Part shown: positions 60,744-64,000 of the stretch, piece after piece
Layout of the letters: each line of letters starts with the position of its first letter
How positions within the stretch are numbered: position 1 is the first letter of the stretch
Notes under the pieces: generated by a model
The model's database searches: none
Seen by the model: only the letters and a program-made list of their open reading frames with translations
Told to the model about the DNA's origin: nothing
Position numbers and translations under genes: made by a program
DNA from: Candidatus Latescibacterota bacterium
GTDB taxonomy: Bacteria; Latescibacterota; UBA2968; UBA8231
Direction: 5' to 3'
Length of the DNA: 64,000 bases
Assembly (NCBI GenBank): GCA_965206595.1
Contig: OZ242214.1
Span: 1,856,001 to 1,920,000 of the forward strand

Positions 60744-60995
60744 CACTCCATCTCCATTCAATTGGTAATATCAATACGCCAATAGCCGCAGAACTTAAAC
60801 CTAATACTCCGACATGCCTTGAGAGGCCGACTGCGGACAGGCGGGATCGAAAATGGGTCGTTAATCGACTAAGGCATTGCCACGAATTAACTGGACTACT
60901 GCCGTGGCTCTATCCAGTCTTTAACGCCCCAGCTTATGACTCATTTATTTCGCGACAGATCCTAAGAAATTCTCTGCAACCTGTTTCCATCGATG

Positions 60996-61071
<76 letters not shown>

Positions 61072-61191
61072 TTACCTTGGGAATCGGCTTTGCTGCAGAG
61101 AAAACGAGGCGGGGATGAATGGAAAATAGGAGCGGTGCCCGGCACGGTCAATTCCGCCCAGATCGTGATTTTTCGCCCGAGCCCGTCGATT

Positions 61192-62232
61192 TCACAGCCT
61201 GATGGACTCTCCCCTGGCGCTGGATGCATAAGAAGCCTCGACAAACCGCATCGCTCGGATGGCATCCTCTCCGTCTGTCACGAAATCCTTCCGCGTACGG
61301 GCGCAATGCACAAAGCGAGCGACGAATTCGGTGCCGACACGGCCACCGTACCCCGTTCCCCCCTGCGGCTCCAGGTTCACCATCTGGCTGGCAATCGTCT
61401 CCCATCCCGGTGCTTCGCTCTGGAGTTGGACCGTGTGGCCGGCTCCTTCGAATCCATAGGAGGACCAAGCGACGTCGCCGAGTGTTCCACGCACCGTCAG
61501 ACTGATGTCGCCGTAGCGCTTGCGCAGCATGTATCCAGCGTGAAGGCTGCCGACTGCTCCGTTGGACATCGAAAACGAGACCGCCGCAGTATCCTCGACG
61601 TCTATCCCGGTATCGGACAAAGTGGCGACCTGAGCACTGACCGAATCGTACTCCAGACCGGTGATGAAACGGACGAGATCGATGGTGTGGATGGCAAGCC
61701 AGTGAAGAATCCCGCCGCCGGCAACCTCTTTGGAGAAAAGCCAGTGATCCTTGTTGCGCTGTTCGACAGAGCTGGTCACCATGCGTCCCTCGATGGAGAC
61801 GACGCGTCCGAGGGCACCCCCGGCCACGAGGCGGCGCATCTCGCAAACGGCCGGGGCGAGACGGTTGGTGAAACCGGTTGCCCAGGGAGTCGAATGTCTG
61901 CGCGACAGCTCGTTGAGTCCGGCAATTTCGGCTGCGGTGCGGCCCGCCGGCTTTTCGATGATAATCGGAACTTCCTCGGACAGAAATCGACTTCCTGCAT
62001 CCGCTGCCTGGTCGTTGCGCACCGACACCAGGGCGAAGTCGGGTCTCGCTGAGTCGAACAGTTCATCGAGACTGGAGTACACCCCGTCGATTCCTTCCTC
62101 GCTTTGGGGAACCGCTCCTTCGAGATCACAGACGAGCAAACGCCCAAATTCCGGAGTGGTTCTAAGGGTTTGGAGCCAGCTTTTGCTGTGCGGGGCCGTC
62201 AAGCCGACAAGTGCCGCGGTTGTCATTTCCAT
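61192..62232 (-). CDS. Gfo/Idh/MocA family oxidoreductase
   Basis: IEKP, GGGIL.WL.IH.ID, VED.A, Y.S. Confidence 0.85.
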   Translation of the reverse strand: MEMTTAALVGLTAPHSKSWLQTLRTTPEFGRLLVCDLEGAVPQSEEGIDGVYSSLDELFDSARPDFALVSVRNDQAADAGSRFLSEEVPIIIEKPAGRTAAEIAGLNELSRRHSTPWATGFTNRLAPAVCEMRRLVAGGALGRVVSIEGRMVTSSVEQRNKDHWLFSKEVAGGGILHWLAIHTIDLVRFITGLEYDSVSAQVATLSDTGIDVEDTAAVSFSMSNGAVGSLHAGYMLRKRYGDISLTVRGTLGDVAWSSYGFEGAGHTVQLQSEAPGWETIASQMVNLEPQGGTGYGGRVGTEFVARFVHCARTRKDFVTDGEDAIRAMRFVEASYASSARGESIRL

Positions 62233-63228
62233 CCTCCTGTGCAGTCGACCCGGGCGCCTTCCCGGGACGACCTGTATATATCCTCAAGCAGGGCAACGGT
62301 TCTACGACCCTCTCGCCCATCGGTCCGGGGGGTGGCGTCATGCTCAAGGCAGTAGACCATATCTGCGACCACGCTTTCGAGCGGGTTCTCAATGGCTTCC
62401 AGCTTTTCCTCCAGACCCTCGCCGAAAATGCGGCAGTTGCCCTCAAGGGCCGCGTCGATGAGAACACCCCCCTCGGTGCCGTGGACCTCGGCGCTGAAAT
62501 AGACGTTCTGTCCTGGAAACGTCGTAGTGCCGACGACGGCTCCTTTGGCGCCGTTGCGGAAATCAATGATGGCCATACCCAGATCCTCGGTCTCGATGTC
62601 GTGAGTGAGGATCGCCGTTTCGGCGTACAACCGTTCCGGTTCCCCCATGAACCAGAGCAGCAGGTCGAGAAGGTGCGATCCCTGGTTGGCGAGGCTTCCG
62701 CCTCCGTCCATTGCCCAGGTTCCGCGCCAGCTGTCGCCGCTTTCGAAGTACTCCTGGGAGCGGAACCACTTGAAGCGGACCTCCCCGAGCAGGGGCCTGC
62801 CGAGGTATCCCAATTCGAGGGCGCGGGCGACACGGTAGTTGGTATCGACGTAGCGACTCTGGTAATCCACGGCAAGCTTCACACCGGCGGAGTCGGCTGC
62901 CGAGATAAGCCGGTCGCATTGCCTCGTCGACACATCCATCGGCTTGGTGGTGATTACATGTTTCCCCGCCGCGACTGCGATACACCCCAGGTCTGCGTGC
63001 AACCCGCTCGGGGTCATCACCATGAACTACGTCGACGTCGCTGCGGCCCAGGCCCTCCTCCAGATTCGGAGCCCAGTCGACTCCCAGCTCAAACCCCACC
63101 GCAGCGGCGCGGGCTTCGTTCGTGTCGATCACGACGGCTAGCTCGGCCCCTTCGGTCTGCTGAATCATGCGGGCGCGCGCCTTGCCCATACCCAAACCGA
63201 CAACCGCAAAACCAACCATGGCGCTCAC
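62223..63228 (-). pseudogene. Gfo/Idh/MocA oxidoreductase with one frameshift near 63025 (possibly a sequencing error)
   Basis: FAVVGLGMG in frame 62563-63228; switches after DVDVV to MVMTPSGLHAD...KP, WRGTW..DGGG.L.NQ..H. Confidence 0.8.
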
Positions 63229-64000
63229 TATATGGCCGACTTCAGGATCTGCTCAATTAACTCCTTCGAGCGCAGCAGACCTTCTTTTTGCAGATCGGCA
63301 GTCCTCCAGAAGTAATGGTCCTCAAGCTCGACGCTGAGGACGCCCTCGTAGCCGGCATCCTCCAGCCGCCGGATGACGAGCTGCCAGTCAACCATCCCCT
63401 CCCCCGGAATGGTGTAACGCCACCATCCCTCGCCGAATCCGTACCGCGACTCGAAGGTCGGTCCCAGGATGCCGCACTCGTAAAGGTTTTCGTCGATAAT
63501 CTCGGTATCCTTGAGGTGAACGTGGTGCACGCGATCGGCGAACTCGTGCAGGAGCCGCACGTGATCGATCTGGATGCGGGCGAAATGAGAGGGATCGTAG
63601 CAGATTCCGAGGTTAGGTGAAGGAATGGCGGCAAAAATACGGCGCAAATTTTCGGGACTGCACCCGAGATTGGAATAATATGGCGCAGGCCCTGGCCACG
63701 GTTCTATTGCGATCTGTACTCCCACCTCCTCGGCGTGTTCCACCACATCGGGATACACCTTCTCGAAGATTTCGAACGACTTGGCGCGGGGCTGGCTGGG
63801 ATCATCCGGCATCAGAACGGCGAAATAGGTTTTTCCGCCATGCCTCGCCATTTCGCTCAGGTCCTTCTTCAGGGTCGCGAGGGCATTGCCCCGCTTTCCT
63901 TCGTCGGCCGACAACAGACCGTTGCCGCGCGCATCGGAAGTACCGATATCCAGCCCTACCCGTTTGCAGGTTGCGACAATCTCACTCGTGAGCAGAGGCG
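63228..64000 (-). CDS. sugar phosphate isomerase/epimerase (xylose-isomerase-like TIM barrel); 5' end outside the window
   Basis: AIEP, G.CYDPSH, HVHLKD, PGEG.VDW, GY.G.LSVE.ED. Confidence 0.85.
   Translation of the reverse strand, partial: PLLTSEIVATCKRVGLDIGTSDARGNGLLSADEGKRGNALATLKKDLSEMARHGGKTYFAVLMPDDPSQPRAKSFEIFEKVYPDVVEHAEEVGVQIAIEPWPGPAPYYSNLGCSPENLRRIFAAIPSPNLGICYDPSHFARIQIDHVRLLHEFADRVHHVHLKDTEIIDENLYECGILGPTFESRYGFGEGWWRYTIPGEGMVDWQLVIRRLEDAGYEGVLSVELEDHYFWRTADLQKEGLLRSKELIEQILKSAI

Overview
GC-rich bacterial chromosomal segment made up mostly of housekeeping genes. The short RpoD-type sigma factor, orphan GroES paralog and ACIII-caa3 operon are compatible with an FCB-superphylum organism such as Latescibacterota or Gemmatimonadota; this is inference only. 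In order it contains: an NFACT/RqcH-like gene, valS, a murQ-AKR-PLP enzyme-sulfatase cluster, an M16 peptidase pair, trmJ, gmd, gcvP/gcvT, coaE, hflCK, clpP, a frameshifted pseudo-receiver GGDEF gene, epmA, clpX, an unusual three-part cold-shock-domain protein, trxA, holA, hisN, sigma-70, rph, a Cys-rich DnaC/IstB-like ATPase, smpB, cysS, three tRNAs (Leu-CAG, Arg-CCT, Lys-TTT), a 12-gene alternative complex III + A2-type caa3 oxidase operon, groES-like, ppgK and Gfo/Idh/MocA sugar-catabolic genes. The 26-45 kb part is IS-rich: four IS630-family copies or remnants at CTAG-type sites, an IS3 nested in one of them, a mosaic of IS ends, and a 236-bp MITE that now supplies the C-terminus of cysS. 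Best leads: (1) a DnaC-like ATPase embedded in a smpB-rph operon; (2) a CSD protein-clpX-epmA-DGC unit converging on a ClpP with Asn in place of the catalytic Asp; (3) a candidate structured ncRNA at about 36.2-36.36 kb; (4) the MITE-extended cysS. Several single-base frameshifts could be sequencing errors. All calls come from reading motifs by eye; no searches were run.
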